From positions 224,001 through 288,000 of the forward strand of contig CBDAOC010000018.1 in assembly GCA_965197925.1 (NCBI GenBank): DNA of 64,000 nucleotides. Direction: 5' to 3'. This stretch comes from Nitrososphaerales archaeon (GTDB lineage Archaea; Thermoproteota; Nitrososphaeria; Nitrososphaerales; UBA213). Position numbers and translations under genes: made by a program. The notes under the pieces were generated by a model. It was not told the origin of the DNA, made no database searches, and was given only the letters and a program-made list of their open reading frames with translations. The stretch's first letter is position 1. Every line of letters starts with the position of its first letter. Below, in pieces: positions 12,258 to 23,415 of the stretch.

Positions 12258-14297
12258 TTACTTAGTGCTTATCTCTTTTGGCGGCAGAATTGTTTGTGGT
12301 TTGTACTGGTCCATTGTAAACCTGCGTGAGGTTGCGAAAGGATGGAAGGGTCTGCCTCTGCCATGAAAGAACTTTGAGAAAAATTCGACGTACATCAATC
12401 GTGCTCCCTGAATCCCAGGCTCGAAGATCCCTATTATGTTGTTGAATAAGTGACCAACCAGAAGTATTATAACTCCAGCTACTATGAACAACTCTCCTCT
12501 GTTCAAGGATTTCAGAAAGATAAAATCTATTAGGTGAGCAAATATTACCGACGCCACAAGTATCCCCACTATACGCGTATAAGATAGAATATGACTGATG
12601 ATGGAGGGTAACTCCAAAAGCGCTCGCATTCCTTCCCCGTAAAACATTAAACCGATACCGACAAAGATCATCCCAAAGTAGCTTCCAACAATAGGATTTT
12701 TCATAGGATTCATAGTTTCGCCACCTAGGAGAACTAATCCGAATAAAGCAAGTCCCCATCCAAATAAGAGCCATCCCGCCTTTCCCAAGATTCCTCGTTT
12801 GTTCTTCTCCCAGTAGTGATTCAAAATACCCAGAGCTAATCCAGAAGACACCGCAATTAGCCCGATGTACCCACTGATAAGAAGAAGTTTGCGTAAACCG
12901 TAGGTGCTTATGGGATCAAAAAAAGTACCGTTGGAGGGCAGGTTTAGACCTAGTTCATTTAATAATTCGAAGGGATATGCATTTAGATGGAATCCAAAGT
13001 ACAAGTTGAACAGAAAACCTAAGAAAATTGCAATGATCGAACCAGGGATCATAACCTTCGCGAGCTTTACCATCTGTCGTGGGGTGAGTATCATAGTCAC
13101 GAATTTGATCAACTTTCTTGGCATCAGAGTCCTACCCTTTTTTCCTCCCTCAACACGCCGTACAACCCATATCGAGCCAACAAGTATTACCAATCCATAA
13201 CCAACATCTCCTAGCATCATACCAAAGAATAGAGGGAAAATAAAAGCAAAGATCAAAGTGGGATCCACCTCATTGGAAGACGGAAGAGAATAGAACCTGA
13301 TGAAGGATTCCACAACCCTAAACCTCTTTGGGTTAGAAAGAAGCGTAGGTGGATTTTCTTCACTTTCCAACTCGTAAACTTGGGTGGTTCCAGGGGCATA
13401 TCTTTCTAGGGTATTCCTCAATTGTTCAAGATTTGGTGTAGGCACCCATCCCTCAAGAGCGAATACATCATTAGTAACACCAAGATTAGCAGCCACTTCC
13501 TGCTCTCTGCTTTCGATTGTAAGTTGTTCTTCTACAGACACTATGGTAGCGAAATGCTTTTCCGAGAGCTCCCTCTTTTGTTGCTCAAAATGTTTAAGCG
13601 TTTTGGAGAATTCATTCAATTCATCCTTTAGCTTCACCATTAGGTCATTCGGTTTGCCAGAAATCCTAGGCATTGGTTCCATCTTTGCTCCATAGCGTTC
13701 TATCGCATTAGCAAGAACGTTTGAGGGAAATTCTGGTGGAATGACAAGAATAAAACGGTTAAGATCCTTTCCTTGTTGTTTATATAAAATTATTTTAGAC
13801 GGATCGACTTGTAAAGCCTGTTTAAAAGCTTCAAAATTTTCAGGTTTAATACGCCCAAAGAATGGATGTGCCAATCTGAACTGAAGGATATTCAGATCTT
13901 CTGGGAAGAAAGAGAATTCTTCTACCAATCGAAGGTGTTCAGTTGACTTTTTCATTTTGGTAAGTAGGTCTTCCTTTTGTCTCTCAAGAGAGGCAACTTC
14001 TCCATCAATTGTAATGGACCGAGCTGCAGCCATCAAGTCATAGAGGGATGGGAAACGACGTGACTCTGAAAATGGTCGAGCTGGAAGAATACTCTTTAGT
14101 GCTCTAATTCTTAACAGCTGATCTGAAACTTCTTTGTGAAGATCATTATCACGCTCATTTCGAAGCATCTCCACAACACTTTTTGATAGTGATTCCAGAT
14201 GCACTACTCCGAGGTCATGAAGGATGGATACTACTCGCTGTCTTTGTATCCTGAGACCGAGAACAGATATACGCTTCATGGAAACAGGCTTTAACAT
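12258..14297 (-). CDS. atpI: V/A-type ATPase subunit I (a)
   Basis: P.SMKRI N-terminus, GWVP, DPT, FFGMMLGDVGYG, SYTR, RLMYVEFFSKFF. Confidence 0.96.
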   Translation of the reverse strand: MLKPVSMKRISVLGLRIQRQRVVSILHDLGVVHLESLSKSVVEMLRNERDNDLHKEVSDQLLRIRALKSILPARPFSESRRFPSLYDLMAAARSITIDGEVASLERQKEDLLTKMKKSTEHLRLVEEFSFFPEDLNILQFRLAHPFFGRIKPENFEAFKQALQVDPSKIILYKQQGKDLNRFILVIPPEFPSNVLANAIERYGAKMEPMPRISGKPNDLMVKLKDELNEFSKTLKHFEQQKRELSEKHFATIVSVEEQLTIESREQEVAANLGVTNDVFALEGWVPTPNLEQLRNTLERYAPGTTQVYELESEENPPTLLSNPKRFRVVESFIRFYSLPSSNEVDPTLIFAFIFPLFFGMMLGDVGYGLVILVGSIWVVRRVEGGKKGRTLMPRKLIKFVTMILTPRQMVKLAKVMIPGSIIAIFLGFLFNLYFGFHLNAYPFELLNELGLNLPSNGTFFDPISTYGLRKLLLISGYIGLIAVSSGLALGILNHYWEKNKRGILGKAGWLLFGWGLALFGLVLLGGETMNPMKNPIVGSYFGMIFVGIGLMFYGEGMRALLELPSIISHILSYTRIVGILVASVIFAHLIDFIFLKSLNRGELFIVAGVIILLVGHLFNNIIGIFEPGIQGARLMYVEFFSKFFHGRGRPFHPFATSRRFTMDQYKPQTILPPKEISTK

Positions 14298-14307
14298 AAT
14301 TATACAC

Positions 14308-14640
14308 CTAGAGGCGTTTCAGTAATACCTCTTCAATAATTGTAAGCACAGTCTTTTCGTCCAACTTTTTATTTGATATCGTTGATGCCTCTGCCTTAGC
14401 ATCATCCAAAATTTTCTTTGCCTCCGCTAGAGCTTTCTGCCTGGCTTCTTCAACTTGTTTGGCTAACTGCTCCTCACATTCCTTACGAGTGGATTCCAAT
14501 GCTGCTTCAATTGACAAATGTAGATTCTGCAGTTCTTCCTGAACAAACTTCCTGCGGCCCTCAACATCATCGTGTAATTTCTCTTCCTCTTCTTTAATCT
14601 TTTTTAATGATTTTACATATTCTTCTTGTGATTCTATCAT
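14308..14640 (-). CDS. atpH: V/A-type ATPase subunit H (G)
   Basis: Charged coiled-coil 110 aa between atpD and atpI. Confidence 0.8.
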   Translation of the reverse strand: MIESQEEYVKSLKKIKEEEEKLHDDVEGRRKFVQEELQNLHLSIEAALESTRKECEEQLAKQVEEARQKALAEAKKILDDAKAEASTISNKKLDEKTVLTIIEEVLLKRL

Positions 14641-14757
14641 ATATTACCTTTTTCCAAGGATCCAAATGGGAATGGTGGCGCAATACCAGCAACCGCAACA
14701 TTGACAACCTTTATCATTCTATTTATCATATAAAACAGTCTCTTAGTAATAACTAAT

Positions 14758-15402
14758 TTAGGCAATAATTTTATCCTCCCTCGCTTTCATATTTCGTTTT
14801 ACGGTTTTGAGCATAATAAAGGCATCACGCTCCATTTCATCAAACCTAAACTTTATGTAACTCACCACTGCTTCTAGCCTTGGAATCAGTACATTCTCGA
14901 TGGCGTTGGATCTTCGCTTTGTCTTTTCGATTTCATGAAGAATCTTCCTAAGAGCAGTCTCTTTCTCTGCCACATCCAATACCATTTTGTGGATCTGTCG
15001 GAATATCTTGATGGCTTCGTGGATAGAAGTGGGAAGCTCCAAGAACATTTCTGGGAAGTCGTCCATACTTCCTGCTCCTTCCAAATGAGGAATTCTGACC
15101 CCCATCACATTCTTTGGAACTATCATGAGCCTCTGAAGCTTAGGGATTTTCATTGCTCCATTTTCTAGCCTGAGCGAACCTGCGAGCATCTCCGCCATCC
15201 TTATAGTTTCATAGCCTTCGAGTAGCCTCATACGAAGATCACCTCGGAGGGATACAGCCTTTTTGCTTATTCCGAAAAACTCTAGAATCAAGGCTTGACG
15301 TTTCAGCTTTAGAATATTAAGTCCCTTCTTTGCTATTACAATTCTACGTTTAGTGCGAAGGTATTCCATTCGGGTAGGACGAACGTTTATGACTACTGGC
15401 AT
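14758..15402 (-). CDS. atpD: V/A-type ATPase subunit D
   Basis: RPTRME, LKLKRQAL, KTKRRSNAIE. Confidence 0.96.
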   Translation of the reverse strand: MPVVINVRPTRMEYLRTKRRIVIAKKGLNILKLKRQALILEFFGISKKAVSLRGDLRMRLLEGYETIRMAEMLAGSLRLENGAMKIPKLQRLMIVPKNVMGVRIPHLEGAGSMDDFPEMFLELPTSIHEAIKIFRQIHKMVLDVAEKETALRKILHEIEKTKRRSNAIENVLIPRLEAVVSYIKFRFDEMERDAFIMLKTVKRNMKAREDKIIA

Positions 15403-15404
15403 AT

Positions 15405-16817
15405 CTAACCAATCCTACTTATTTCAGTAGGTTGTTCTCCCTTCTGTCTATTTCTGTACTTGGCAATGAACTCAGGTCTGACACGCTTTATCTCTGATTC
15501 GGAGAGCTCATCCAGGACACTCCAACCCATATTAAGGGTCTGTTCAATAGAACGATCCTCATCAAATGCTTGATTTACGAATTTACCCTCAAAGATAGAA
15601 GCGATTCTAAGGAACTTCCTATCGATCTCGCTAAGGGCCTCATCCCCGACAATGGCAGATAGAGCTCTAGAGTCCTTGCCTTGAGCGTATGAAGAGTAGA
15701 GCTGGTCAGCTAGACCTCTGTGATCCTCCCTTGTCCGTCCCTCTCCGATGCCCTGATTCATCAGACGAGAAAGGCTGGGTAGAACATCAATAGGGGGATA
15801 AATATCAGCCCTGTTCATATCTCTGCTCATGACCAATTGACCTTCCGTGATATAACCAGTGAGATCTGGGATTGGATGTGTTATATCATCTACTGGCATT
15901 GTAAGGATCGGAATTTGAGTAATCGAGCCGTTTCTACCCCTTATTCTGCCTGCCCGTTCATAAATGGTAGCCAAGTCTGTATACATATATCCTGGATATC
16001 CACGCCTTCCAGGCACTTCTTCACGTGCAGCAGAGATCTCCCGCAGGGCTTCACAGTAATTGGTCATATCTGTTAGAATGACCAAGACATGCATTTCACG
16101 TTCATATGCAAGAAATTCTGCGGTTGTTAAGGCCATCCTTGGTGTTAGAACCCTTTCCATGGAAGGATCTGAAGATAAGTTAAGGAATAGAACCGTTCTA
16201 CGTAATGCACCTGTCTCCTCGAATTGTTTTAAGAAGTAATTTGCTTCCTCACTAGTGATTCCCATTGCTGCAAAAACAATAGCAAAATTCTCGGAGATTC
16301 CCAGGACCTTAGCCTGCCTAGCAATCTGAGCTGCAAGAAGGTTATGGGGAAGTCCTGAACCTGAGAAGATGGGAAGCTTTTGACCTCTTACCAATGTGTT
16401 CATAGCATCGATGCTGGAGATTCCAGTCTGAATGAACTCCGATGGCTCCTCCCTCGAGTATGGATTTATACCCGAGCTCACTAGATCCTGTTTTTCTTTG
16501 GCTATGATCTTGGGTCCACCATCCCTGGGATTGCCTAGACCATCAAATACCCTTCCTAGCATTTCATCAGAAACTGCCAGTTGAGCAGTCTCCCCTAGGA
16601 ACCTGACCGAGGTCCCTGTAATACTCATTCCCAGAGTCAGACCAAAAACTTGTACTATAGCCAATCCTTCCCTAGAATCCAAAACCTGACCTTGGCGTCT
16701 TTCACCATTAGGAAGTTTTATCTCTACCATCTCACCATAAGCTGCGTCCTTTACTTCTCCAACAAAAACAAGGGGGCCTGAGATGTTAGATATTGTCTTG
16801 AAATCTAGAAATGGCAT
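15405..16817 (-). CDS. atpB: V/A-type ATPase subunit B
   Basis: [30 protein letters not shown]. Confidence 0.98.
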   Translation of the reverse strand: MPFLDFKTISNISGPLVFVGEVKDAAYGEMVEIKLPNGERRQGQVLDSREGLAIVQVFGLTLGMSITGTSVRFLGETAQLAVSDEMLGRVFDGLGNPRDGGPKIIAKEKQDLVSSGINPYSREEPSEFIQTGISSIDAMNTLVRGQKLPIFSGSGLPHNLLAAQIARQAKVLGISENFAIVFAAMGITSEEANYFLKQFEETGALRRTVLFLNLSSDPSMERVLTPRMALTTAEFLAYEREMHVLVILTDMTNYCEALREISAAREEVPGRRGYPGYMYTDLATIYERAGRIRGRNGSITQIPILTMPVDDITHPIPDLTGYITEGQLVMSRDMNRADIYPPIDVLPSLSRLMNQGIGEGRTREDHRGLADQLYSSYAQGKDSRALSAIVGDEALSEIDRKFLRIASIFEGKFVNQAFDEDRSIEQTLNMGWSVLDELSESEIKRVRPEFIAKYRNRQKGEQPTEISRIG

Positions 16818-18613
16818 TACGTGGTCACCTTCTGTTGTAACTCCTTAAATTGATCTTCCATATCCAATCTGATCTGATTGGCTAGTGTTTTAACCTCTTC
16901 CTCTGGAGTCCACTTTATCTTTGATATCTGATTTTTCACATTTAGATCACTAACCTGAGAGGCATGAGCACCCTGACTTATCACCTTCGTCTCCTTCTTA
17001 CCAAACTCCAGAATTGCAGTGAGCATGGTATACTGCTTTTCAATGGATGTGTAAGTGTCTACTTCGTCATAGGCACTCTGTTGCAAATAGTCCTCCCTAA
17101 GGGAGCGGGCGGTATCTAGAATGCCCTTCTCAGGTTCTGGTAATGCATCATATCCTACAAGTTGTACAATCTCCTGAAGTTCCGATTCTCTCTGTAATAT
17201 CTCCAATGCCTCCTTCCTTAGGTCTACCCAGTTCGCTGCAACATTCTTCGTAAACCATTCACCCAGATCCCTAACATAAAGTGAATAGCTATTAAGCCAA
17301 TTAATCGAAGGAAAGTGTCTTCTAGATGCCAAAGCGGCATCAAGTGCCCAGAATACCCTAGTTACTCTCAGAGTGTTCTGTGAAACGGGTTCAGAGAAAT
17401 CACCCCCAGGCGGCGAGACTGCACCTACCACAGTTATAGAGCCTAGCCTCATCTCCGGGGAATCAACAACAACTTTACCTCCTCTAGCATAAAATTCAGC
17501 CAACTTCCTTCCTAGATATGCTGGATATCCCTCCTCTCCAGGCATCTCCTCTAACCTTCCAGAGATCTCTCTTAGGGCCTCAGCCCACCTAGACGTGCTG
17601 TCAGCCATCAGACTCACATCATATCCCATATCTCGATAGTATTCGGCCATTGTAATTCCTGTGTATATGCTAGCCTCACGGGCCGCGACGGGCATGTTAG
17701 AAGTATTGGCAATCAAAATAGTACGCTCCATCAAAGGACGTTTTGACTTGGGATCTAGGAGCTCTGGAAATGTAGCGAGGACTTCAGCAATCTCATTCCC
17801 CCTCTCGCCACATCCTACGTACACAATCACCGAGCTGTCAGCCCACTTTGCAAGCTGATGCTGAATCACTGTCTTTCCACTACCAAAAGGGCCTGGAATC
17901 GCCGCTATGCCACCCTTAGCGATTGGAAAGAATGTGTCAAGAGTGCGTTGTCCAGTGAGCAATGGAGCTTCAGGTGGGAGTTTTCGTAAAAACGGTCTAG
18001 GTGTACGAACACGCCATCGACTGGACAAACCTACTTCCTTCTTACCTTTAGCTGTTTGGATTGTTGCTACAGTATCCTTCACCGTGTATTCTCCTTCCCT
18101 TATTTCCTCAAGTTCGCCCTTGACATCAAAGGGAACCATGATTCTATGCTTAATCAGAGGAGTTTCCTGTACGTCACCTAAGATCTCTCCAGGGGAGACC
18201 TTGTCACCCTTTTTCGTAATTGGAACGAACTCCCATTTCTTCTCCTCGTTGAGAGCGGCCATTGAATGTCCTCTTCCGATAAAGTCGCCAGCTTGTTTTC
18301 TTAAGATATCGAGTGGTCTCTGGATGCCATCATAGATTGAAGTAAGGAGGCCAGGTCCTAGGTCTAGAGAGAGTGCTTGCTTGGTATTGATAACTTTGTC
18401 TCCAGGTCTCAGACCTGTAGTATCCTCGTAGACTTGAATACTTGCTTTACTGCCATCCAATCGGATTATCTCGCCAACAAGGCCTAGTTCACCGAGATTC
18501 ACCACATCATACATCTGGGCTCCCTCTAGCCCACTTGCGATGACTACAGGACCAGAGACTCTGTTTACTATTGAATTAACTATTTCATTCACCTGTTCTA
18601 ATATCGACTCCAA
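16817..18613 (-). CDS. atpA: V/A-type ATPase subunit A (true start possibly GTG near 18592)
   Basis: GPFGSGKT P-loop, [19 protein letters not shown]; no intein. Confidence 0.98.
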   Translation of the reverse strand: MESILEQVNEIVNSIVNRVSGPVVIASGLEGAQMYDVVNLGELGLVGEIIRLDGSKASIQVYEDTTGLRPGDKVINTKQALSLDLGPGLLTSIYDGIQRPLDILRKQAGDFIGRGHSMAALNEEKKWEFVPITKKGDKVSPGEILGDVQETPLIKHRIMVPFDVKGELEEIREGEYTVKDTVATIQTAKGKKEVGLSSRWRVRTPRPFLRKLPPEAPLLTGQRTLDTFFPIAKGGIAAIPGPFGSGKTVIQHQLAKWADSSVIVYVGCGERGNEIAEVLATFPELLDPKSKRPLMERTILIANTSNMPVAAREASIYTGITMAEYYRDMGYDVSLMADSTSRWAEALREISGRLEEMPGEEGYPAYLGRKLAEFYARGGKVVVDSPEMRLGSITVVGAVSPPGGDFSEPVSQNTLRVTRVFWALDAALASRRHFPSINWLNSYSLYVRDLGEWFTKNVAANWVDLRKEALEILQRESELQEIVQLVGYDALPEPEKGILDTARSLREDYLQQSAYDEVDTYTSIEKQYTMLTAILEFGKKETKVISQGAHASQVSDLNVKNQISKIKWTPEEEVKTLANQIRLDMEDQFKELQQKVTT

Positions 18614-18941
18614 GAATCCGCCTCGCCAGATCCGCTATTGATTCTTCCTTGACACCTTCCCCAAGGGACGGCATGAACATAACGAGGGGCTTCAGTGATC
18701 CCTCGACCTTTGTCCTAAAGGCCGGGGAAAGTAGATCACGTACGGACTGGCTCACCACCATAAAACCGAATTCGTTTGAATAAAAAAGTCGCTGCATTAC
18801 CTTAACAGCTTCTTCTCCGGTAACAACAAACGTAGAATCAATCCCTAAAAGGCGATAACCTGTCACCAGCTCTTGGTCACCCACGATAGCTATCTTTACA
18901 CTTTCAACGTTTTTTTGTTTTGTAGCCATTTTCTCACCCAA
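18585..18941 (-). CDS. atpF: V/A-type ATPase subunit F
   Basis: [24 protein letters not shown]. Confidence 0.93.
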   Translation of the reverse strand: MGEKMATKQKNVESVKIAIVGDQELVTGYRLLGIDSTFVVTGEEAVKVMQRLFYSNEFGFMVVSQSVRDLLSPAFRTKVEGSLKPLVMFMPSLGEGVKEESIADLARRILGVDIRTGE

Positions 18942-20001
18942 ATATTAGCATAGATCTTATCCGTTCCGTCGAAAGATTATAATGCTTTCCATAGACAATT
19001 TTGCGTAAATTTGCCCGCTCAAGCTCCGCACGTATTATGAAGTAAAATATTATTCCAATAGAAAGTGGTACATTCTTCAGTCTTTTGAATTGCCTCTCAT
19101 TTATGACTTTGTCAATAGCAACCTCAAAGTCGATCAAACTCTTGGTTTTGTTGTACTCCTCTAATCCTTCCCCAAACTTGTAATAGGGTTCAATCCTTCC
19201 CACAAGTTCGTCCACATTCTTGGCCGTGTAAATTTCTCCCAATTCCTGGGTCGAAATGGTTCCTCCTTCTATGAAGTGTTGATTGATTACTTTCATGTCT
19301 ATACCGCTTTCTTTTGCTTTCGAAAGGTTGAGAATATTTCTTCTGTCTATCTGAGCCTTAATCAGCTCTCTGATTACACCCTCATCGCCTTGGAAGAATT
19401 TGAGACCCTCAAGAAGTGAGGAATAGTAGAATCTTTGTAATGCCACCATCATCGGACCAAGATCCTCTGTTTTTTTATATTTCTCCAAGTGCTGCATCAA
19501 TACCGTCCCATAGCCATACCGAATCAATTGATTTACAACGTCTTCTACATTTGTTTGAGACAGCAGGATCATTATATCGTCATGAACAATATTTCCTCCT
19601 TCAACTCCAGCAGGCACCTTCCTACTGGACACCAAAAAATGTTCTGTCTCTGTTATGGTTTTACCCAGTATCTTTGATGATAGAATTAGCTCAATATTTA
19701 GAATATCCCACTTTGCCAAGTAGGCCCTAATTGCAGACTTTCCATTAAATGGTGAAGACCCCATGGCCGTCGTGTTAACTCCAACTAGATGACGATTCAG
19801 GGCTATCTCAATAAGATCCAATGGTTTGTAAAGTGATGCAGCACGCTCAATTTCGTGCCCGTACCATGTGGATGCCAACTGTTTGATGATCTCCCCAACA
19901 TCTCTAGCTCGAAGTAAATCCATCATGTACTCCTCAGGGAGGAAGTTTAGGGATAGAGCTTGCAATCTACCAAATGAAGCTGAGTATGAAGAGGAAGGCA
20001 T
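18934..20001 (-). CDS. atpC: V/A-type ATPase subunit C (d)
   Basis: 355 aa, WDILNI, ID..NI, E..NLR motifs; operon position. Confidence 0.9.
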   Translation of the reverse strand: MPSSSYSASFGRLQALSLNFLPEEYMMDLLRARDVGEIIKQLASTWYGHEIERAASLYKPLDLIEIALNRHLVGVNTTAMGSSPFNGKSAIRAYLAKWDILNIELILSSKILGKTITETEHFLVSSRKVPAGVEGGNIVHDDIMILLSQTNVEDVVNQLIRYGYGTVLMQHLEKYKKTEDLGPMMVALQRFYYSSLLEGLKFFQGDEGVIRELIKAQIDRRNILNLSKAKESGIDMKVINQHFIEGGTISTQELGEIYTAKNVDELVGRIEPYYKFGEGLEEYNKTKSLIDFEVAIDKVINERQFKRLKNVPLSIGIIFYFIIRAELERANLRKIVYGKHYNLSTERIRSMLIFG

Positions 20002-20003
20002 TA

Positions 20004-20561
20004 CTATCCTTTGCCTACAAGGACACCGTAAATATCATCTTCATGTATACGCAGAAGTTCATCAAAGGTAAAATCAAACTGCATTGTACCGTCATGATTC
20101 TCCACCATTATTCCTCCCAGGATTTGAATGGAATTGTCACTTGCCGTCATCCCAATATCCTTCAAAATGCCGCGATCCTCTTCTCTACACCAAATTTGAA
20201 TATCCTCGCCAAGCCTAGTCTTTGAAATTTTGATCATTTCTTCTAAAATCCCCTTATACTTTGAATTCTTTGAATAGTTCTTAAGCTCCTGTCTTATCAA
20301 ATCCAACGCTAAATTGAAGTTTGCATTCATAGCCTCGAATACTAACCGCTTTGCCTGCAAATGTGTTGCTTCGATGATGCTGGTCGTCTCTCTTTCCGTT
20401 CTTAACTTAGTCTCTCTTTCATAACGTCCCCTAAGATCCTTAATCCCTTCATCTTTCTCTTCTAGCAAAGTTTCTTGCTTTTCAGTCAGTTCGGCATCTA
20501 AGGCTTCCAACTCCCTCTTCTTCCGATTCCTTATCTCTACAAGGAAATTATCGGCACTCAA
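20004..20561 (-). CDS. atpE: V/A-type ATPase subunit E
   Basis: Coiled-coil plus ILGGI...DFTFD. Confidence 0.9.
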   Translation of the reverse strand: MSADNFLVEIRNRKKRELEALDAELTEKQETLLEEKDEGIKDLRGRYERETKLRTERETTSIIEATHLQAKRLVFEAMNANFNLALDLIRQELKNYSKNSKYKGILEEMIKISKTRLGEDIQIWCREEDRGILKDIGMTASDNSIQILGGIMVENHDGTMQFDFTFDELLRIHEDDIYGVLVGKG

Positions 20562-20572
20562 TAAAAATCACC

Positions 20573-20803
20573 TTATAGAATATCAAGCAACAAGATTATT
20601 CCAAGTACGAAACCTATAATCCAAAGAGTTTCTGGAATCACGAAGAAAAATAGGACTTGACCAAATTTTTCAGGTTTCTCCGCAATTATACCCATACCTG
20701 CGGCACCAATACCTTGCTGGGCGTTTCCTGTACCTATCAACCCTCCTGCTATCGCAATAGCCGCTGCAATTGCTAATTGTGGGTCTGCCATTTTTATTGT
20801 CAC
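20573..20803 (-). CDS. atpK: V/A-type ATPase proteolipid subunit K (c), single hairpin (start possibly ATG 20791)
   Basis: Two TM helices, AEKPE loop, PETL with ion-binding Glu. Confidence 0.95.
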   Translation of the reverse strand: MTIKMADPQLAIAAAIAIAGGLIGTGNAQQGIGAAGMGIIAEKPEKFGQVLFFFVIPETLWIIGFVLGIILLLDIL

Positions 20804-20920
20804 TCGGTTGTCATATATTAATTTTTAGTAGATGTAAGATGTTAATATAAGATGTTAAATTGCATTTTCTAATTTGAATGGATCAAATAAAATTCCACTC
20901 ACTTGTTCCATAAAAATTGA

Positions 20921-21178
20921 TCAAGTTTTTCCGATTTCCTTTTGTATCTTTAATATCGGACTACAGCGTGGACATAATTTATGAAGCTCTCCTAATTCTA
21001 TTTCATCGATTAAACTTAAAATTGATGGAACATTGAGATCAGTCTTTAATGCAATAATCCCAATTGGTGTACCCGATGAATAAAGATTCCTAACTTTTTC
21101 CTTTCTATATTTTATAAGCTCATCATCCTTTAACAATATATCAAGATGGTCGGCGATCATTATAAGGGTAGTATACAA
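20921..21178 (-). CDS. Hypothetical HTH-like protein with C-terminal CPRC
   Basis: ORF only. Confidence 0.35.
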   Translation of the reverse strand: MYTTLIMIADHLDILLKDDELIKYRKEKVRNLYSSGTPIGIIALKTDLNVPSILSLIDEIELGELHKLCPRCSPILKIQKEIGKT

Positions 21179-21625
21179 TTCTCATGGATGATTATCAATT
21201 GTGACAATAACTTTCTATTGTTGTACTTGAATTGATATGTACCTCTCAGCTTCATAACCTCTTGTGTCAGAAAGAAGTTGCTATCCGATTCAACTTTCAG
21301 TTAAAGTTCTAAAAAGGTAAGCTAGCATATCTTCCTTAATTAGAACATAAATGTAAAGAATATGGGATGAAAAGCAAAGCCAGCGGTGCTCTAACAATAG
21401 CAAATTTTTTCTTATCATTACTTTCAATCTATTCTAGTAGAAATGGCTATTGATGAATCGGTGTTTATAGTCCAAGTAATTCCTTGTATAACAATTAACG
21501 GTAAAGGTTGTAAATCAAATATCTTGGGGACTAACTTATATTATTGAAAATAATAATGAAATTATCCAGTGAACAGTTTTCCTCAAGGAATTATCTCCAT
21601 ATATATACCTCAATTTATTAGTTAG

Positions 21626-21889
21626 ATGTCAAGCAATATTGTTACGATGGAATTAAAATGCCCTCGATGCTCATCCAACAAACAACGTACCATGTCTTCT
21701 TATTTTGCTATATGTTATGATTGTGGCAAGTGGTATTTGACAATTACTAGGAGAATATTCTCTAGGCCCGAATTCGTGAATACCCAGCAGAGGAAGTTTT
21801 ACATGATAACGAGGATGATCAAGATTGCCAATGTTGCAGTTGCTGCTATTGTGATGTTGATTATATTAGGAATTTTCATAGGAGATTAA
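21626..21889 (+). CDS. Small zinc-ribbon protein with C-terminal TM helix
   Basis: CPRC...CYDCG and hydrophobic C-terminus; TATA-like tatatata upstream. Confidence 0.6.
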   Translation: MSSNIVTMELKCPRCSSNKQRTMSSYFAICYDCGKWYLTITRRIFSRPEFVNTQQRKFYMITRMIKIANVAVAAIVMLIILGIFIGD

Positions 21890-21979
21890 CTGATTTCTTT
21901 TTCCTCCAAATTACACTAGAATCCATTTAGTAACCTTTACTAGTGCCATGTAGCAGTCTGGTAGACTTCAATATCCTAT

Positions 21980-22225
21980 CTATCTTCCTGAAGAAGGTGT
22001 TTTGATCTTTCTGAAGCTCCTGATGTGCTCATAAAATTCTACTGGCCTTGGTATTTGAAATATCGAATCTTTGAAATAGGTTATGGATTTTTTACCAATA
22101 CTTACAGCAGGATACCTAATGATAGGATATTCCAGACCTCTTGGATAAATGCTCTTGTACATTCTTGACAAGGTTGATAATAATTGATTAACAATAAATT
22201 TATTTGTACAAAACAATTTCCTCAT
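21980..22225 (-). CDS. Hypothetical protein
   Basis: ORF only. Confidence 0.25.
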   Translation of the reverse strand: MRKLFCTNKFIVNQLLSTLSRMYKSIYPRGLEYPIIRYPAVSIGKKSITYFKDSIFQIPRPVEFYEHIRSFRKIKTPSSGR

Positions 22226-22500
22226 TTTCTACCAGTTGTAATATAAAAAATAATTTAACTTTACCAAGAATGTTGTGACCTAAGCTTTTACTCCAAATGA
22301 ATTCGTAGTGTTCACAAGCTAACGGATTATGCATTGAACATGCTGGCAGTAATTCTTTGCTATTTATAGTCTATACAACTGATGATCATCAATTACTCGA
22401 TTTCCAATACCGTACAACTATCTTCGATACTAAATGGATGGATTATTTTTATGACCAAAATAGCAATAAATATTAGTAAGCATCCAGCAAGGAGCTAAAA

Positions 22501-23415
22501 TTGATTGATTTTGGAGATTTGGTGTTAGATTTCATTCTAAGTTTTCATCCATTGCTGACCGCCATAGATTTCGAGTCATTAACTGCAGATCCTATTTTTC
22601 TAGGTATGCTCATAGGTTTAGGCTTCGTGGTTGGTACGGCAGTTGGAGCATCAGGTATAGGGGGCGCCGCATTGCTACTTCCCTCGCTTTTATTCATTGG
22701 CTTACCACCTACGGCTGTTGTTGGAATTGACTTGGCATTTAACTTCTTCGCCAAATCCTTCGGCACTGCACTTCATTGGAAGAAGCATAACATTAGTTGG
22801 CGTGGCCTTTTCTATACTGCGATAGTGGCGGTTCCAGCAATGGTAGGAGCAAAATTTCTTTGGGACTACATTAAAGAAAGTTATGGTAGTGAATCACTAA
22901 ATCTTGTTATCCTAATTTTGATACCAACCATCTTATTTTCAATTGGAGTGTATATGGTATGGGCTCATGTAATTCCAAGGAAAGTTAAGGAAAACCTAGC
23001 GGGGGGAGAATTGGCAACATCTTTGAAGACGAAATTTTCCAAAGGTGACAAGTCTACCCTTATGGGTGTTGGTGGGGTAGTGAGTTTCATCATGCAAATT
23101 ACATCTGTTGGAGCGGGCACAATTCTGGTGCCAGTCCTGCTGAAGGTAATACGTTCCCCCAAGCATGTTGCAGGAACCTCCATACTTTTCGGAGTAATTT
23201 CAACCGCTATAGGAGCAACTCTGCACGGTGTATCTGGTAATGTTCTATGGCACTTAGTTGTAGTACTGCTGATCGGTGCAATTCCAGGGGTATTACTTGG
23301 TGTAAGAATAGCGTCAACCATCTCTCCACAAAAGCTAAAAATTATATTCACCGTCATAATATTTGCGGCCGCATCGCTGATATTGAGTAAGCTTTTTGAA
23401 CACTTAGCTACTTGA
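22501..23415 (+). CDS. TauE/SafE (TSUP) family transporter
   Basis: GASGIGGA, AVGIDL, SVGAGT..VP, VAGTS motifs; TGA stop overlaps the IS end. Confidence 0.88.
   Translation: MIDFGDLVLDFILSFHPLLTAIDFESLTADPIFLGMLIGLGFVVGTAVGASGIGGAALLLPSLLFIGLPPTAVVGIDLAFNFFAKSFGTALHWKKHNISWRGLFYTAIVAVPAMVGAKFLWDYIKESYGSESLNLVILILIPTILFSIGVYMVWAHVIPRKVKENLAGGELATSLKTKFSKGDKSTLMGVGGVVSFIMQITSVGAGTILVPVLLKVIRSPKHVAGTSILFGVISTAIGATLHGVSGNVLWHLVVVLLIGAIPGVLLGVRIASTISPQKLKIIFTVIIFAAASLILSKLFEHLAT

Noticed and set aside
12262..20225. Antisense and alternate-frame ORFs within the ATPase operon and IS elements
   Set aside because: Shadow ORFs of well-supported genes with no recognisable motifs
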